Below, one piece after another: positions 47,485-58,807 of a DNA stretch of 64,000 bases. The translations under genes and the position numbers were made by a program. The DNA is from Limnochordia bacterium (GTDB taxonomy: Bacteria; Bacillota; Limnochordia; DTU080), in the NCBI GenBank assembly GCA_050951545.1, contig JBMNJG010000005.1, forward strand, positions 192,001 to 256,000. Direction: 5' to 3'. Each line of letters opens with the position of its first letter. Position 1 is the first letter of the stretch. Under the pieces are notes generated by a model. It was not told the DNA's origin. It ran no database searches and was given only the letters and a program-made list of their open reading frames with translations.

Positions 47485-48198
47485 TTACTTAATCGTCAGC
47501 TTCGCGTACTCCCACTTGGGGCCTGGGCTAAACAGTCCGCCCCAGACACCGCCAGCATATGAGACCGAAGAGATGGCAACAGCATACTCGCCGTCCTTCT
47601 TGAAGGCGCTGAGTCCAGCAAACTTCGCCTTGGGAATGGCTGCCTCCAAGCGGTAACCAGTGGCGGTGCGCACCGTAGCCAGCTTCACATCACCGCTGTC
47701 GCCGATGCCATGACTAAAGCACCAAGCAGTCGGCGTCTCTTTTCCACCACTCATTACAGCCAAGTCAATCTGGAAGTCGGTCGTCTCATAGCTTTCTGCG
47801 CCTGCGACGGCGCTCGGAATGTTGATGTTTCCGCCATTCAGCCACAGCTCAATGCCTGTGTTATTCCAGATACCAGACCCAATGCCGCTGCCTTGGATGT
47901 TGATATCTGCTACGTCAGCAGCCACGTAAAGGTACACATCGTCGTAACCCAGATAGACCTTCGCAGAATGGTCCTTGGCCTGAATCTGGGGGCCACGCAC
48001 AAAAGAGACGGATGGATCAAGGATAAATGTGGGCGTGGAGTAGTCGGTGAGATTCCAGTCATCAAAACTACCGTCAATGCTCAGAGGCTTGGCGATAGGA
48101 AGGGCCGTGAAGCTCCCGGTTGGGCCGGCCATAGCCGCGCCAGCCATCAACATGACGACAGACAGTACCAGACAGACTATCGCGACGCATCTCTTCAA
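47485..48198 (-). CDS. Secreted CBM9/DOMON-like sugar-binding protein
   Basis: Signal peptide, 'IDG.FDDW', 'YDD.YLYVA..V.D', 'GYRLE.AIP'. Confidence 0.75.
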   Translation of the reverse strand: MKRCVAIVCLVLSVVMLMAGAAMAGPTGSFTALPIAKPLSIDGSFDDWNLTDYSTPTFILDPSVSFVRGPQIQAKDHSAKVYLGYDDVYLYVAADVADINIQGSGIGSGIWNNTGIELWLNGGNINIPSAVAGAESYETTDFQIDLAVMSGGKETPTAWCFSHGIGDSGDVKLATVRTATGYRLEAAIPKAKFAGLSAFKKDGEYAVAISSVSYAGGVWGGLFSPGPKWEYAKLTIK

Positions 48199-48323
48199 TT
48201 GAATCCCCCTCTTTCTCACATTGTGCTGTGCGAGAACACCGCAGTAGTTAGTTCGCCATGCACTGTTACACACCTTTGAGAACGGCTCTCCTCGTCAAAA
48301 AGGGGCATATACTAGCTGCATGC

Positions 48324-48372
48324 TTATTGACATATGCTCACATACTCCGTATCCTGGCATTGAGCATATGCC
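48324..48372 (+). promoter_or_regulatory. Promoter with paired CATATG palindromic operators (site A)
   Basis: TTATTGACATATGCTCA...TGAGCATATGC; TTGACA-N17-TATCCT. Confidence 0.7.
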
Positions 48373-48447
48373 CTGTTTGTGCTGAGACTGCACATACTAG
48401 ATTTGCTAATTGCCAGGCAACGTTACGCAAAAGAGAGGGGTTTGACA

Positions 48448-49191
48448 GTGAAGATAGCCATCACAGCGCAGGGAAAATCACCTGACGCCACTCTGGATCG
48501 CCGCTTTGGTCGAGCACCCTTCGTTTTCGTTGGAGATAGCGAAAGTGGTGTGCTCCATCCCTATGAAAATGAAGCCCGTCTGCACCAGAGTGGCGCTGGC
48601 ATTGCAGCGGCTCAGTCGCTGGTCGATCAAGGCGTTGAAGTTCTCATCACAGGGGAGGTCGGTCCAAAGGCCGCGCAAGTACTACAAGCTGCGGGAATCA
48701 AGGTACATCGCACGACAGCAAATACCGTACCGGAAGCCCTGGCCGAGTTCCAGCAGGCATTCACCAAACCAGCAACTCCGTTGACTCTCTCGCCTGCTGG
48801 CTCAAGAAGTGCCACGACGCAAGACACACCTGTACAGCAGAAGCGCCAGCCTGTCTCCGAAGCCGTTGTGGCCGTAGCCACTGATGGAGACAGTGTGGCA
48901 CAGCACTTCGGCAGATGCGAAGAGTATACGTTAGCAACCATCAAGGGCGGAGCGGTAGTCAGCCGCCGCGTGGTCACCAATCCGGGCCATGAACCTGATT
49001 TCCTACCGGGCTTCTTGGCGGAACGCGGGGTGACAGCGATCATTGCCGGGGGCATGGGTCCAAGAGCGATAGAGCTGTTTAAGTCCAAGGAAATCGACAT
49101 CATCGTGGGTGTCTCGGGACTTGTCTCTGAGGCCATCAATGGCTATAGAGACGGATGCCTGCTAGACGGCGAGAGCTCTTGTACGCACTAG
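48448..49191 (+). CDS. Tandem NifB/NifX (FeMo-co biosynthesis family) domain protein
   Basis: Two copies of 'FGR(A/C)' and 'G..GP.A' motifs. Confidence 0.85.
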   Translation: MKIAITAQGKSPDATLDRRFGRAPFVFVGDSESGVLHPYENEARLHQSGAGIAAAQSLVDQGVEVLITGEVGPKAAQVLQAAGIKVHRTTANTVPEALAEFQQAFTKPATPLTLSPAGSRSATTQDTPVQQKRQPVSEAVVAVATDGDSVAQHFGRCEEYTLATIKGGAVVSRRVVTNPGHEPDFLPGFLAERGVTAIIAGGMGPRAIELFKSKEIDIIVGVSGLVSEAINGYRDGCLLDGESSCTH

Positions 49192-49219
49192 ACCTAACAC
49201 CCGTGGATGGTGAGGATGT

Positions 49220-50083
49220 ATGAAACTGGCGATCGCCAGTGGCAAGGGTGGCACCGGAAAAACCACCATTGCCACCAACTTAGCTGTCACTTTGGCTGAG
49301 ACCAATGGACAAGTGCAGCTGCTAGATTGCGATGCAGAGGAACCGAACGCGCACCTCTTCCTGAATCCTGTAGGGACCGCCAGCCGTACCGTAGAATCAC
49401 TGGTCCCTCAGATTGATGCTGAAAAATGTAACCTGTGTGCAAAGTGCGTTGAGGTCTGCGCCTACAGCGCTCTTGCTACAGCTGGCGGCCAAGTGCTGCT
49501 CTTTCCTGAGATGTGCCATGGTTGCGGCGGGTGTGCTCGCTTTTGCCCTAAACAGGCCATTGAAGAGGTCACGCGCCCTATTGGCGCTGTCCTCAACGCC
49601 CAAGTCTCCGAACTTGAACTTGTCTGGGGCAAGGCGCACATTGGCTTACCACTGGTACCAGCGGTCATCGCAGAAGTGAAAAAGATGGCCAGACCTGAAG
49701 CAACAGTGATCATTGATGCGCCCCCTGGCACCTCCTGTGCAGCAGTGGCGGCGATCACAGATTGCGACCTGTGCCTTCTCGTAACGGAACCTACTGCCTT
49801 TGGCCTGCACGACCTGATGCTCGCCACAGAGATGGCTCGCGAGCTCAATCTGCCTTCTGCAGTCATCATCAACCGTTCTGATCTCGGTGATGAAAGGGTT
49901 CGCGCCTACTGCCAGGACAACTCGCTACCGATCCTGCTGGAGATTCCTTTCTCCCGCAAGCTTGCAGCGTGCTATGCACGCGGACAGCTATGGGTTAGGG
50001 AGTACCCTGAATGGCGAGCCGCATTCACAGGCCTGTGGAAGCGAATAGAGGAGTACGCACATGAAAGAGCTATTGGTAATTAG
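49220..50083 (+). CDS. MinD-superfamily P-loop ATPase with an inserted ferredoxin domain
   Basis: SGKGGTGKT, DCD.EEPN, 2x CxxCxxCxxxC, PPGTSC, TEPT.FG. Confidence 0.9.
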   Translation: MKLAIASGKGGTGKTTIATNLAVTLAETNGQVQLLDCDAEEPNAHLFLNPVGTASRTVESLVPQIDAEKCNLCAKCVEVCAYSALATAGGQVLLFPEMCHGCGGCARFCPKQAIEEVTRPIGAVLNAQVSELELVWGKAHIGLPLVPAVIAEVKKMARPEATVIIDAPPGTSCAAVAAITDCDLCLLVTEPTAFGLHDLMLATEMARELNLPSAVIINRSDLGDERVRAYCQDNSLPILLEIPFSRKLAACYARGQLWVREYPEWRAAFTGLWKRIEEYAHERAIGN

Positions 50084-50963
50084 CGGTAAGGGTGGTACAG
50101 GCAAGACCTCGGTGGTGGGGGCCTTCGCCACATTGGCCCGCAACGCAGTCCTGGCTGACTGTGATGTTGACGCGGCAAACCTGCACTTACTGCTCGATCC
50201 GGAGATCCAACATGAGCATGTTTTCCACGGACTACCGCGAGCTCAGATCGATCAAGCCACCTGCGCCTCCTGTGGCCTATGTCGGGAAGTCTGCCGCTTT
50301 GACGCTATCAGTAGCGACTACGTTGTCGATCCCATGGCCTGTGAAGGCTGTGGCATCTGTCTTCGTGTCTGCCCGGTAGATGCGATTACCGCCCAAGAAC
50401 GCGTAGCCGGACACTGGTTCGTCTCCACGACTCCCCACGGCCCCCTCGTACACGCTCGCCTCAATACGGCGGAAGATAACTCAGGCAAGCTTGTGGCTGA
50501 GGTTCGCAGAGAAGCACGAGAACTTGCTGAAGAGCGGCAACTCGACCTGATCATTGTGGATGGACCACCGGGCATCGGTTGCCCAGTGATCTCCGCTCTG
50601 ACTGGCACCGACCTCGCCTTGTTAGTGACCGAACCGAGTGTGTCGGGCTGGCATGACTTGGCCCGAGCGCTAGAGCTTACAGAGCATTTCGAGGTCCGAA
50701 CCGTCGTCTGCATCAACAAGGCTGATCTGCATGAGCCCATGAGCAAACAGATCGAGTGGCACTGTTACGACCGGGGCGTCGACGTGATAGGCAGAATTCC
50801 CTTCGACAAGCAATTGGCTCAAGCTGCAGTTAGGGGTACTGCTCCTGTCTTGGGCGATACCCCGGCCTCCACTGCATTACGTAAGCTCTGGGAAAAAACA
50901 CATGCTCTACTCATGCAGGATTCATCGAGGAATCCACGTCCCCTTCGTCTCGACACCCGTTGA
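50061..50963 (+). CDS. MinD-superfamily P-loop ATPase with an inserted ferredoxin domain (second paralog)
   Basis: SGKGGTGKT, DCDVDA.N, 2x Cys clusters, NSGKLV, PPGIGCP. Confidence 0.9.
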   Translation: MKELLVISGKGGTGKTSVVGAFATLARNAVLADCDVDAANLHLLLDPEIQHEHVFHGLPRAQIDQATCASCGLCREVCRFDAISSDYVVDPMACEGCGICLRVCPVDAITAQERVAGHWFVSTTPHGPLVHARLNTAEDNSGKLVAEVRREARELAEERQLDLIIVDGPPGIGCPVISALTGTDLALLVTEPSVSGWHDLARALELTEHFEVRTVVCINKADLHEPMSKQIEWHCYDRGVDVIGRIPFDKQLAQAAVRGTAPVLGDTPASTALRKLWEKTHALLMQDSSRNPRPLRLDTR

Positions 50964-50991
50964 ACCGCCGATCGCGATCTCGGTCGAATTG

Positions 50992-51041
50992 TTATTGACA
51001 TATGCTCGCCACGATGTTACGCTTTTAATGAGCATATGCTC
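50992..51041 (+). promoter_or_regulatory. Promoter with paired CATATG operators (site B)
   Basis: TTATTGACATATGCTC...TGAGCATATGCTC; TTGACA-N17-TACGCT. Confidence 0.7.
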
Positions 51042-51074
51042 TTTAGCGTGTGCTAAGGGAAGGAGGCGAATGGG

Positions 51075-51413
51075 ATGCCACGCGGTGATGGAACTGGCCC
51101 ACAGGGCTTCGGTCCCATGACAGGACGCGGCGCTGGTTTCTGTGCAGGATTCCCCGTACCAGGTTACCAGAACACGCCCGGATGGGGCGCTGGTCGTAGC
51201 GGTGGATGGGGCGGCGGCGGAGGGCGAAGACGTTGGTGTTACCGAATGCCTATGCCGTACCCTGCCGCATACGACCCAGGGTATGCGCCTGCAGCGACCT
51301 CCAGTGAGGCGGAGTTAGGTCTCCTAAAAGGTGAGGTTTCGCGTCTAAAGGGTCTGCTGTCTGAGATCAACGCCCGCATCAGGGAACTCTCGCCGAAAGA
51401 AGAGGCCGAGTAG
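51075..51413 (+). CDS. DUF5320 family protein
   Basis: MPRGDGTGP.G.GPMTGRG.G.C, Gly-rich stretch, coiled-coil tail. Confidence 0.9.
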   Translation: MPRGDGTGPQGFGPMTGRGAGFCAGFPVPGYQNTPGWGAGRSGGWGGGGGRRRWCYRMPMPYPAAYDPGYAPAATSSEAELGLLKGEVSRLKGLLSEINARIRELSPKEEAE

Positions 51414-51437
51414 ACTCTGTTTGACGGGGATCGGGTA

Positions 51438-51470
51438 GGATGACGCCCGCCCATCAGCGGGCGTCATCCC
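51438..51470. terminator. Hairpin terminator
   Basis: GGATGACGCCCGC...GCGGGCGTCATCC. Confidence 0.7.
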
Positions 51471-51510
51471 TCTTACAGAACCATGCTGCGAGCTTTCGCT
51501 AGCGACTCGT

Positions 51511-52151
51511 CTAGTAGAGAGCCCCGGCTCTTGACCAGTTATATCCGTAGAAGGAGCGCCTTTCATCTATGAACTCCCTAGCGTACGCAAGAACCACGAG
51601 TAGCAGTGGCAACCTATGCGCATCGAAGTCATAGATAGTGGTCTGATCGCAGTCAGCTGACACGACCTTCTTCTTTTCGAGACCGTATCTGGCGAGGGCA
51701 TCCACGACCCGCATGCACTGCTCCTCATCAAGGGCGCATGTTCTCTCTATCGCTGAAGGTGCGAAACTGAAATGCTGTTTCTCAGCGAGGAACGCCAGCA
51801 CCCTTAGGAAACCAGGTGTAGAGATGTCGCCAAAGAGACCTGTAACAGCACTGGTCGCATCTAGGACCGATCTCCACCCGTCAGGGGGATCTGACATCAC
51901 GACAAAACCGAAACCAGTGCGGATGTTGGTAAAGCCCCCAGTCACGATGATCCGTGATGAGTGCTGCTCTTCCTGCTTGGCCCTGTTCCGTTCAGCCTCG
52001 CTCGTCTCCGACAAGAGGTCAAAGGAGTCTAGCTGCATGTCCCAACATCGATCCATGAAGGCCCCAATGATGTCGCCGCCAGGCCCGGTCGGGTGACTCC
52101 CTTCTTCTTTCTCAGGCCAGCAATCTCCTCACCGATGCCTACATCGCTCAT
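51511..52151 (-). pseudogene. XRE-family regulator pseudogene (internal deletion/frameshift)
   Basis: SD plus MSDVGIGEEIAGLRKKKGVT (start of an XRE HTH) breaks off near 52090; a C-terminal part continues in another frame. Confidence 0.6.
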
Positions 52152-52415
52152 ATGCTGATCACCTCCGTGATTCTGAGGCTGGGCCCCGCAGCCGTGATGC
52201 CAGCATACTATCGGAGCGCAGTCGATAGCAACAGAGCGGGCATTGATTGCGGCGAAGGTCATTCGATACGCGCATACACGATCAACCAGCGGTTGAGCAT
52301 CTCGCATCGTCACTCAGATCCCCAAAGCCTCACGCATCCCCGCTAAGAGGTCGCATAATAGCCCTGACAAAGCCTGAGCGCCCCCTGCGGGGCGCCCTTT
52401 GTTAGCGACCTAGGC

Positions 52416-53045
52416 CTACTGACCCATCTGTTTCACTTTCATCAGCCGCGTGATGTTCGCTCGTTCAGCTTCATCGAGCTTCATGGTGATGTACCTTATC
52501 GATTCCTGCAGCTGCGGGATCAGCACATACTCCAAGGCATTCACTCGCCTACGGGTTCTCTGCAGCTCTACCGCCAGCAGCTCTGCGGCCTTCTCCAGCT
52601 CTGCCAAACGCAACAAATCCGGCATGGCAACACTCAGCGCCTTGATTGCCGCATCCAAGTCTGCTGGTGTGTGTGCTGGGCCGTAGGGATAGTGATCTGC
52701 TTCTCCCCCAACGCTCTCCCACGAGTGATCAAAGCGAGCAATCGGCACACCAACCAGCGCGTCCTCTCGCACGTGCACGTCAAGCTTCTGCTTCGGGAAA
52801 AGAAGCGCCTCCTCAATGACTGCAGGAGAAGCCGTCGCAGTGGCCATCACCATCGAGGTACTGACCTTCTCCAGCTGCGCTTCAACCTTCACACGCAGAT
52901 CTCGGCTCTCCCACACCAGCTCGAGAAAGCGCCGCATCAACTCATCATGCTTATCCTTTAGCAGCTTGTGCCCCCGCTCGGCTGTCTTCAGACGAGATCT
53001 GAGGCGCAGTAGCTGCATCCGGTTAGGGTTGACCCGCGTCTGCAT
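52416..53045 (-). CDS. ntpD: V/A-type ATPase subunit D
   Basis: NPNRM.L, GHKLLKDK, TRRRVNALE. Confidence 0.95.
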   Translation of the reverse strand: MQTRVNPNRMQLLRLRSRLKTAERGHKLLKDKHDELMRRFLELVWESRDLRVKVEAQLEKVSTSMVMATATASPAVIEEALLFPKQKLDVHVREDALVGVPIARFDHSWESVGGEADHYPYGPAHTPADLDAAIKALSVAMPDLLRLAELEKAAELLAVELQRTRRRVNALEYVLIPQLQESIRYITMKLDEAERANITRLMKVKQMGQ

Positions 53046-53049
53046 CGGT

Positions 53050-54438
53050 CTACTCTTCCTTTGACTCAGCCTGTGTGGGCAGATACTTATCTAAGAATGC
53101 ATCTCGGATTCTCTTCAGTTCTTGTCGCGGCAACATGCTTAGCAGCTCCCAACCCAAATCCAATGTCGCCTCAATGGACCGATTCTCGCCTAGTCCCTGG
53201 CTGACGTAGCGCGCCTCAAAGGCATCGGCAAACTTAGCTAGCAGCTTGTCTGTGTCCGTCAAAGCCGCTTCGCCTAAAATCACCGCCAACTCCTTTGCCT
53301 CCTTGCCTGTAGCATAGGCGGCATAGAGTTGGTTCATCGTATCCGCATGGTCCTCGCGCGTCTTGCCTGCGCCAATCCCCTTGTCTTTCAGACGCGACAG
53401 AGACGGCAGCACATCCACGGGTGGATAGATCCCTTTCCGGTGCAGCTCACGGCTGAGGATTATCTGACCCTCCGTAATGTACCCAGTAAGGTCGGGTATC
53501 GGATGTGTCTTGTCGTCCTCAGGCATTGTGAGGATGGGTATCTGTGTGATCGAGCCTTGGCGACCTTTCACTCGGCCAGCCCGCTCGTACAGAGTCGCTA
53601 GGTCTGTATACAGATAGCCCGGATAGCCCCGCCGACCAGGAACCTCGCGCCGAGCAGCGGATACCTCACGCAGGGCCTCGCAGTAGTTGGTCATGTCCGT
53701 CAGGATCACCAAGACATGCATGTCGAGCTCAAAAGCCAAGTACTCCGCACAGGTCAAAGCTACCCGTGGCGTGGCGATACGTTCGATCGCCGGGTCGTCC
53801 GCCAGGTTCAGAAAGACCACAGAGCGTTCCAGCGAGCCTGCAGCCCGGAAATCCTCAACAAAGAAGCTCGCCTCTTCAAACGTGATGCCCATCGCCCCAA
53901 AGACCACAGCAAAGCGCTCATCAGTACCTAACACCCGCGCCTGCCTGGCAATCTGAGCCGCCAGCTGAGCATGTGGCAGGCCCGAGGCCGAGAAGATTGG
54001 CAGCTTCTGCCCCCGTACCAGCGTGTTTAACCCGTCAATCGTCGAGATCCCGGTCTGGATAAACTCATCGGGGTAATCTCGTGCATAGGGATTGAGTGGC
54101 AGACCATTGATATCAAGCCGCTTAACTGCTACGGGACGTGGGGTGTCCCCGCGTGGTTGTCCCAGCCCAGTATAGACGCCGCCCAGCATCTCTGGCGATA
54201 CCGCCAACTCGATTCCCCTGCCCAGAAAGCGCACGCGGGTAGCCTTGGGGTTGATCCCAGACGACCCCTCGAAAAGCTGGACTAAGGCTGTCGTGTCTTC
54301 CACCTCGAGCACACGGCCACGCCGCACTTCCCCATTGGTGTCAATCTCCACCAGCTCTTCAAATGTGACACCGTCAACCCCCTCCACCAGCATCAGGGGC
54401 CCAGCGACTTCACGCACATTTCGATACTCTCTAAGCAA
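53050..54438 (-). CDS. ntpB: V/A-type ATPase subunit B
   Basis: [32 protein letters not shown]. Confidence 0.97.
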   Translation of the reverse strand: MLREYRNVREVAGPLMLVEGVDGVTFEELVEIDTNGEVRRGRVLEVEDTTALVQLFEGSSGINPKATRVRFLGRGIELAVSPEMLGGVYTGLGQPRGDTPRPVAVKRLDINGLPLNPYARDYPDEFIQTGISTIDGLNTLVRGQKLPIFSASGLPHAQLAAQIARQARVLGTDERFAVVFGAMGITFEEASFFVEDFRAAGSLERSVVFLNLADDPAIERIATPRVALTCAEYLAFELDMHVLVILTDMTNYCEALREVSAARREVPGRRGYPGYLYTDLATLYERAGRVKGRQGSITQIPILTMPEDDKTHPIPDLTGYITEGQIILSRELHRKGIYPPVDVLPSLSRLKDKGIGAGKTREDHADTMNQLYAAYATGKEAKELAVILGEAALTDTDKLLAKFADAFEARYVSQGLGENRSIEATLDLGWELLSMLPRQELKRIRDAFLDKYLPTQAESKEE

Positions 54439-56200
54439 CCTCTCCGCCTTCTCCCTTCACGGCTGCCACCTGCTTTGTGATGTCGGTATGAAGGGTGGCA
54501 AAGGCAGCCTCATCGTTTTCCTCTAGGTACTTCGCCCTGGCAATGGCCTCTCGCACTGGTAGATGCAACAGCTTCTCCAGGCGCACCCCTTGAGCCAGCG
54601 CTTCCCGCGCCTCGTGATACCAGGCCAAGATCACTTTGAGCATCCGTATCTGTTTCTCTAAGGACGTGTAGGTATCAACCTCATGAAAGGCGTTCTGGTG
54701 CAGGAAGTCCTCGCGAATGGACTTGGCTGCCTCTAGCACGAGTCGATCCTCGGCAGAAAGGGCATCAATGCCGATCAATCGCACAATCTCATCAAGCGAA
54801 GATTCCTCTTGCAGAAGGGCCATGCCCTGCTGACGCATGGTCACTGGCTCTTCCCCGTAGTGCTCCCTTAGGTACGTATCGATACGATCCAGATACAGTG
54901 AATAGCTGTTCAACCAGTTGATGGCCGGAAAGTGGCGCCTCGCAGCAAGTTTGTCATCGAGACCCCAGAACACCTTGACCACTCGTAGCGTGTTCTGAGT
55001 AACTGGCTCAGAAAGGTCACCGCCGGGCGGAGACACAGCACCAACCACTGTCAGGGTGCCAGTGCGGTCTCCTACGATGCGAGCTCTGCCCGCTCGTTCG
55101 TAGAAGTCGGCGAGACGTGAGCCCAGGTAGGCCGGGTAACCCTCTTCTCCCGGCATCTCCTCGAGGCGACCTGACATCTCACGTAAGGCTTCTGCCCACC
55201 GTGATGTGGAGTCGGCCATAAGGGCCACAGAGTAGCCCATATCCCGATAGTACTCGGCAATGGTAATGCCAGTGTACACAGACGCCTCGCGGGCTGCCAC
55301 TGGCATGTCCGAGGTGTTGGCGATAAGTACAGTGCGCCTCATCAGTGGTTCGCCAGACTTCGGGTCTTCCAGCTGCGGAAACTCCACCAAGACATCCGTC
55401 ATCTCGTTGCCGCGTTCGCCACAGCCTACATACACGACGATGTCGGCGTCCGCCCACTTGGCCAGCTGATGCTGCACGACGGTCTTGCCAGAGCCGAAAG
55501 GACCCGGCACGCACGCAGCCCCCCCCTTGGCCACAGGAAAGAAAGTGTCGATGATGCGTTGACCAGTGACCAGTGGCTCCGACGGGGCCAGCTTCTCAGC
55601 CACTGGCCGGCTTCGGCGCACAGGCCAGCGCTGCAACATCACGATCGGCTCCCTTTCGCCGTTGGGGCGCTCCAACTCAGCGATGGGCTCGGTAATGGTG
55701 AAATCGCCTTCCTTGATTGCGGCAATCTTGCCCTGCATGCCTTGTGGGACCATGACCCGATGCTCCACAATACTGGTCTCTTGCACAGTGCCCAGGATGT
55801 CGCCTGAGGCCACCTCATCGCCCGGTTTCACGCAAGGAGTAAACCCCCAGCGGCGTTCGCGATCGAGTTGTACAACAGAAATGCCCCTGTGGATACGATC
55901 GCCGAAGTGATCACGCAGAGCTGACAACGGGCGTTGGATACCGTCAAAGATAGACTCCATAAGTCCCGGACCCAGCTCTGCCGAAAGAGGCTCTCCAGTG
56001 GTGATCACTAGCTCACCGGGCCCCAAACCCGCCGTCTCTTCATACACCTGAATACTCACGCGCTCGCCGCGAATCTCAATAACCTCTCCGATCAGGCCCG
56101 CCTCGCTGACACGGCACACGTCGTACATCCTTGCCTCGGGAAGGCCTTCGGCAACTACCAGAGGTCCGGAGACTTTAACAATCCTGCCACCCATGTTCAT
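54431..56200 (-). CDS. ntpA: V/A-type ATPase subunit A
   Basis: [25 protein letters not shown]. Confidence 0.97.
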   Translation of the reverse strand: MNMGGRIVKVSGPLVVAEGLPEARMYDVCRVSEAGLIGEVIEIRGERVSIQVYEETAGLGPGELVITTGEPLSAELGPGLMESIFDGIQRPLSALRDHFGDRIHRGISVVQLDRERRWGFTPCVKPGDEVASGDILGTVQETSIVEHRVMVPQGMQGKIAAIKEGDFTITEPIAELERPNGEREPIVMLQRWPVRRSRPVAEKLAPSEPLVTGQRIIDTFFPVAKGGAACVPGPFGSGKTVVQHQLAKWADADIVVYVGCGERGNEMTDVLVEFPQLEDPKSGEPLMRRTVLIANTSDMPVAAREASVYTGITIAEYYRDMGYSVALMADSTSRWAEALREMSGRLEEMPGEEGYPAYLGSRLADFYERAGRARIVGDRTGTLTVVGAVSPPGGDLSEPVTQNTLRVVKVFWGLDDKLAARRHFPAINWLNSYSLYLDRIDTYLREHYGEEPVTMRQQGMALLQEESSLDEIVRLIGIDALSAEDRLVLEAAKSIREDFLHQNAFHEVDTYTSLEKQIRMLKVILAWYHEAREALAQGVRLEKLLHLPVREAIARAKYLEENDEAAFATLHTDITKQVAAVKGEGGEVA

Positions 56201-56526
56201 TCCCCACTCCCAGGCAAAATGTCGACGCCCACAGCCTTCTCTGCCGCCCGGCGCATCTTTTCCATACCAATACCCAGACTGCCCTGGCTTCCCGGGATCA
56301 GCACAATGGCTGGCGAGGGCTGATCAGCATACTCATTGATGGTGTCGAGGATGTTGACAGCAGTCGCTTCAGCCACATACACAATAGCGTAATCCTTCTG
56401 CACGAGCCGCCGCAAAGCAGCGCGCGCCGCCTCCGAGTCCGAAACAGCTACTGCCTCACAGCCTAGCACCTTAAAACCCATCACGGAGGCCTTATCGCCA
56501 AGGACGGCGATCTTCTGTCTAGACAT
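56197..56526 (-). CDS. V/A-type ATPase subunit F
   Basis: KIAVLGD...[12 protein letters not shown]; operon position. Confidence 0.92.
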   Translation of the reverse strand: MSRQKIAVLGDKASVMGFKVLGCEAVAVSDSEAARAALRRLVQKDYAIVYVAEATAVNILDTINEYADQPSPAIVLIPGSQGSLGIGMEKMRRAAEKAVGVDILPGSGE

Positions 56527-57628
56527 AATCAATGCGCTCCCTCAGCTGCTCCTCGCTCAATCCTGCAGATTTTCCTACGAGGATGAGCCGGATGAGGCGT
56601 ACCTCGCGCTCTTTGGCCATGAGATAGGCCCAGACAGCTCCCAGACCAAACGGCTGGAACCGCGCCAAGTCGAGGTGCCTCTGGAGAAACCGATCCATCA
56701 AACGCTCCATGCCGTAGAGGAGCCCCTCTTTCTGATAGGCTTGCCAGCCTTCCGCCAATAGTGGAGCATATGCCGTACCTACCAGCACCTGAGAAAGCGA
56801 CTCATAGCGCTCCTGCGGTTCCTCAGCTTCGACGTAGGCCTTAAGAATGTGCTGCGAAGCAATAATGCCCCCTGGAAGCAGGGCGCGAGCAAGGCTATCC
56901 TCTGAGCGCCCCGCCACCGCGAAACGGACGTAAGTGCTGAGATTTGTTACATCCGCAAAGCGCACGACCCAACCCCGAAGAAACACTGATTGGGGATGGT
57001 CAGTTAGGCTCATGAGGTACTGCTGGTAAAGCGCATCCACTGCATGGTCTATCTCCTCTGGAGCCTCGTAGAGCCGATAGGCACTTACCGCCGCCCGTGC
57101 TGCTCGAAGCAGGTGCGCCTTGAGCTCCTTGGAGTCAGTGACATCGTCAGCATCCGTCTCGAGCTCTTCTTCTATGGCCCGACGTGCAGTCTCTTGCAGC
57201 CATGCGCGTTCCACGGATGTCCATAGTGGCAGAAGCCTGTCGTCAACAGTCTCCTGCTGAAAACCTGCCTTCAGCAGCATCTTGAGCGCCAGAAAGGCAT
57301 ACCGCGCCACCCACATCCTCAGAAGTTCTGACTGCGGAGCAAAGGACGTAACCGAGGCGTAAACCCGCTGCAACTCAGCGGAGAGCATCAGCTCATAGTC
57401 GTCAGTTTCCTCCATGGTAGCCATAGCCGAGGCATACTCTGTATCGGCAAGGACACGCAAACCCGCATGTACGCTTGGCGCAGTGAGCAAGCGCTCAACA
57501 TCGCCTCTACTGAGCATGCGTTGCTCGAGCATGCGCACCCTAGCGCTTGCATAGGCAAAAGGCACATCCGCCGTATTGCTCATCTGTATAGCTTGAGAGC
57601 CAGCAAGCACAAACCTGCCCCCTAGCAC
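56519..57628 (-). CDS. ntpC: V/A-type ATPase subunit C
   Basis: YA.ARVR..E, 'YL.AKE.E...IR.I..GK'. Confidence 0.9.
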   Translation of the reverse strand: MLGGRFVLAGSQAIQMSNTADVPFAYASARVRMLEQRMLSRGDVERLLTAPSVHAGLRVLADTEYASAMATMEETDDYELMLSAELQRVYASVTSFAPQSELLRMWVARYAFLALKMLLKAGFQQETVDDRLLPLWTSVERAWLQETARRAIEEELETDADDVTDSKELKAHLLRAARAAVSAYRLYEAPEEIDHAVDALYQQYLMSLTDHPQSVFLRGWVVRFADVTNLSTYVRFAVAGRSEDSLARALLPGGIIASQHILKAYVEAEEPQERYESLSQVLVGTAYAPLLAEGWQAYQKEGLLYGMERLMDRFLQRHLDLARFQPFGLGAVWAYLMAKEREVRLIRLILVGKSAGLSEEQLRERIDYV

Positions 57629-57646
57629 GTACTGGAAAAGCCTACC

Positions 57647-58258
57647 CTAACGGTCGTTCTCAAAGAGAACCCGCGCTATCTCCGGCTCGAGCAGTTCACC
57701 TGCGTTAGCCAGCAAGCGCTCCAGCGAGGCATCTACCTCGAAGTCGGCTCCAATAAGCCTGAAGCCCCCCGACATGAAGCCCGCATCAGGTGCTATACGA
57801 AGCCGAATGTGATAGCCTTTGGCTATCAACGCCGTTTCTACCTTGCGCAAGAGGTCGTCTCCAAAACGGGAGCGATCTCTCTCGTTGAGTACCACATGGG
57901 CCTCGCCTTGATGAGGTACAGCTTCCTGCAAGAGTTTAACCAAGAAGTCCCGATAGCGCTCTTCGGGCAACTCCTCTAGCATGACACCAGCTCTACGCAT
58001 CGCCTCATCAGCAAGTTCGGCCTTAGCGCTCACACTGATGCGTCGCCGCATCAGTCTCGCCTCAGCTTCCGTGCGGCGGTGAAGCTCCTCAATCTCCTGA
58101 TCTACACCAGCGAGAATCTCTGCCTTGACTTCCTCAGCCTTGTTCCGGGCAGCAGCCTCGATGGCAGCCACCTTGCCCTCCGTGTCGGTCCGGATGACCT
58201 CGATCTCGGCAGTGGCTTCCTCCTGCAGCGTCTCTCTCAGTCTCTTCAGGCTGAACAT
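57647..58258 (-). CDS. ntpE: V/A-type ATPase subunit E
   Basis: Coiled-coil N-terminus, 'GGF.L...D.S.E', 'EIA..LF'. Confidence 0.88.
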   Translation of the reverse strand: MFSLKRLRETLQEEATAEIEVIRTDTEGKVAAIEAAARNKAEEVKAEILAGVDQEIEELHRRTEAEARLMRRRISVSAKAELADEAMRRAGVMLEELPEERYRDFLVKLLQEAVPHQGEAHVVLNERDRSRFGDDLLRKVETALIAKGYHIRLRIAPDAGFMSGGFRLIGADFEVDASLERLLANAGELLEPEIARVLFENDR

Positions 58259-58278
58259 AAACCTATCCTCTCACAGCT

Positions 58279-58770
<492 letters not shown>

Positions 58771-58807
58771 TTATGGTCGGGCGCCCATGCGTGTGCTCCC
58801 CGATGAC

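Noticed and set aside
48448-50963. Nitrogen fixation genes
   Set aside because: NifB/NifX-domain and MinD-Fd proteins are widespread outside diazotrophs, and there is no nifHDK here.
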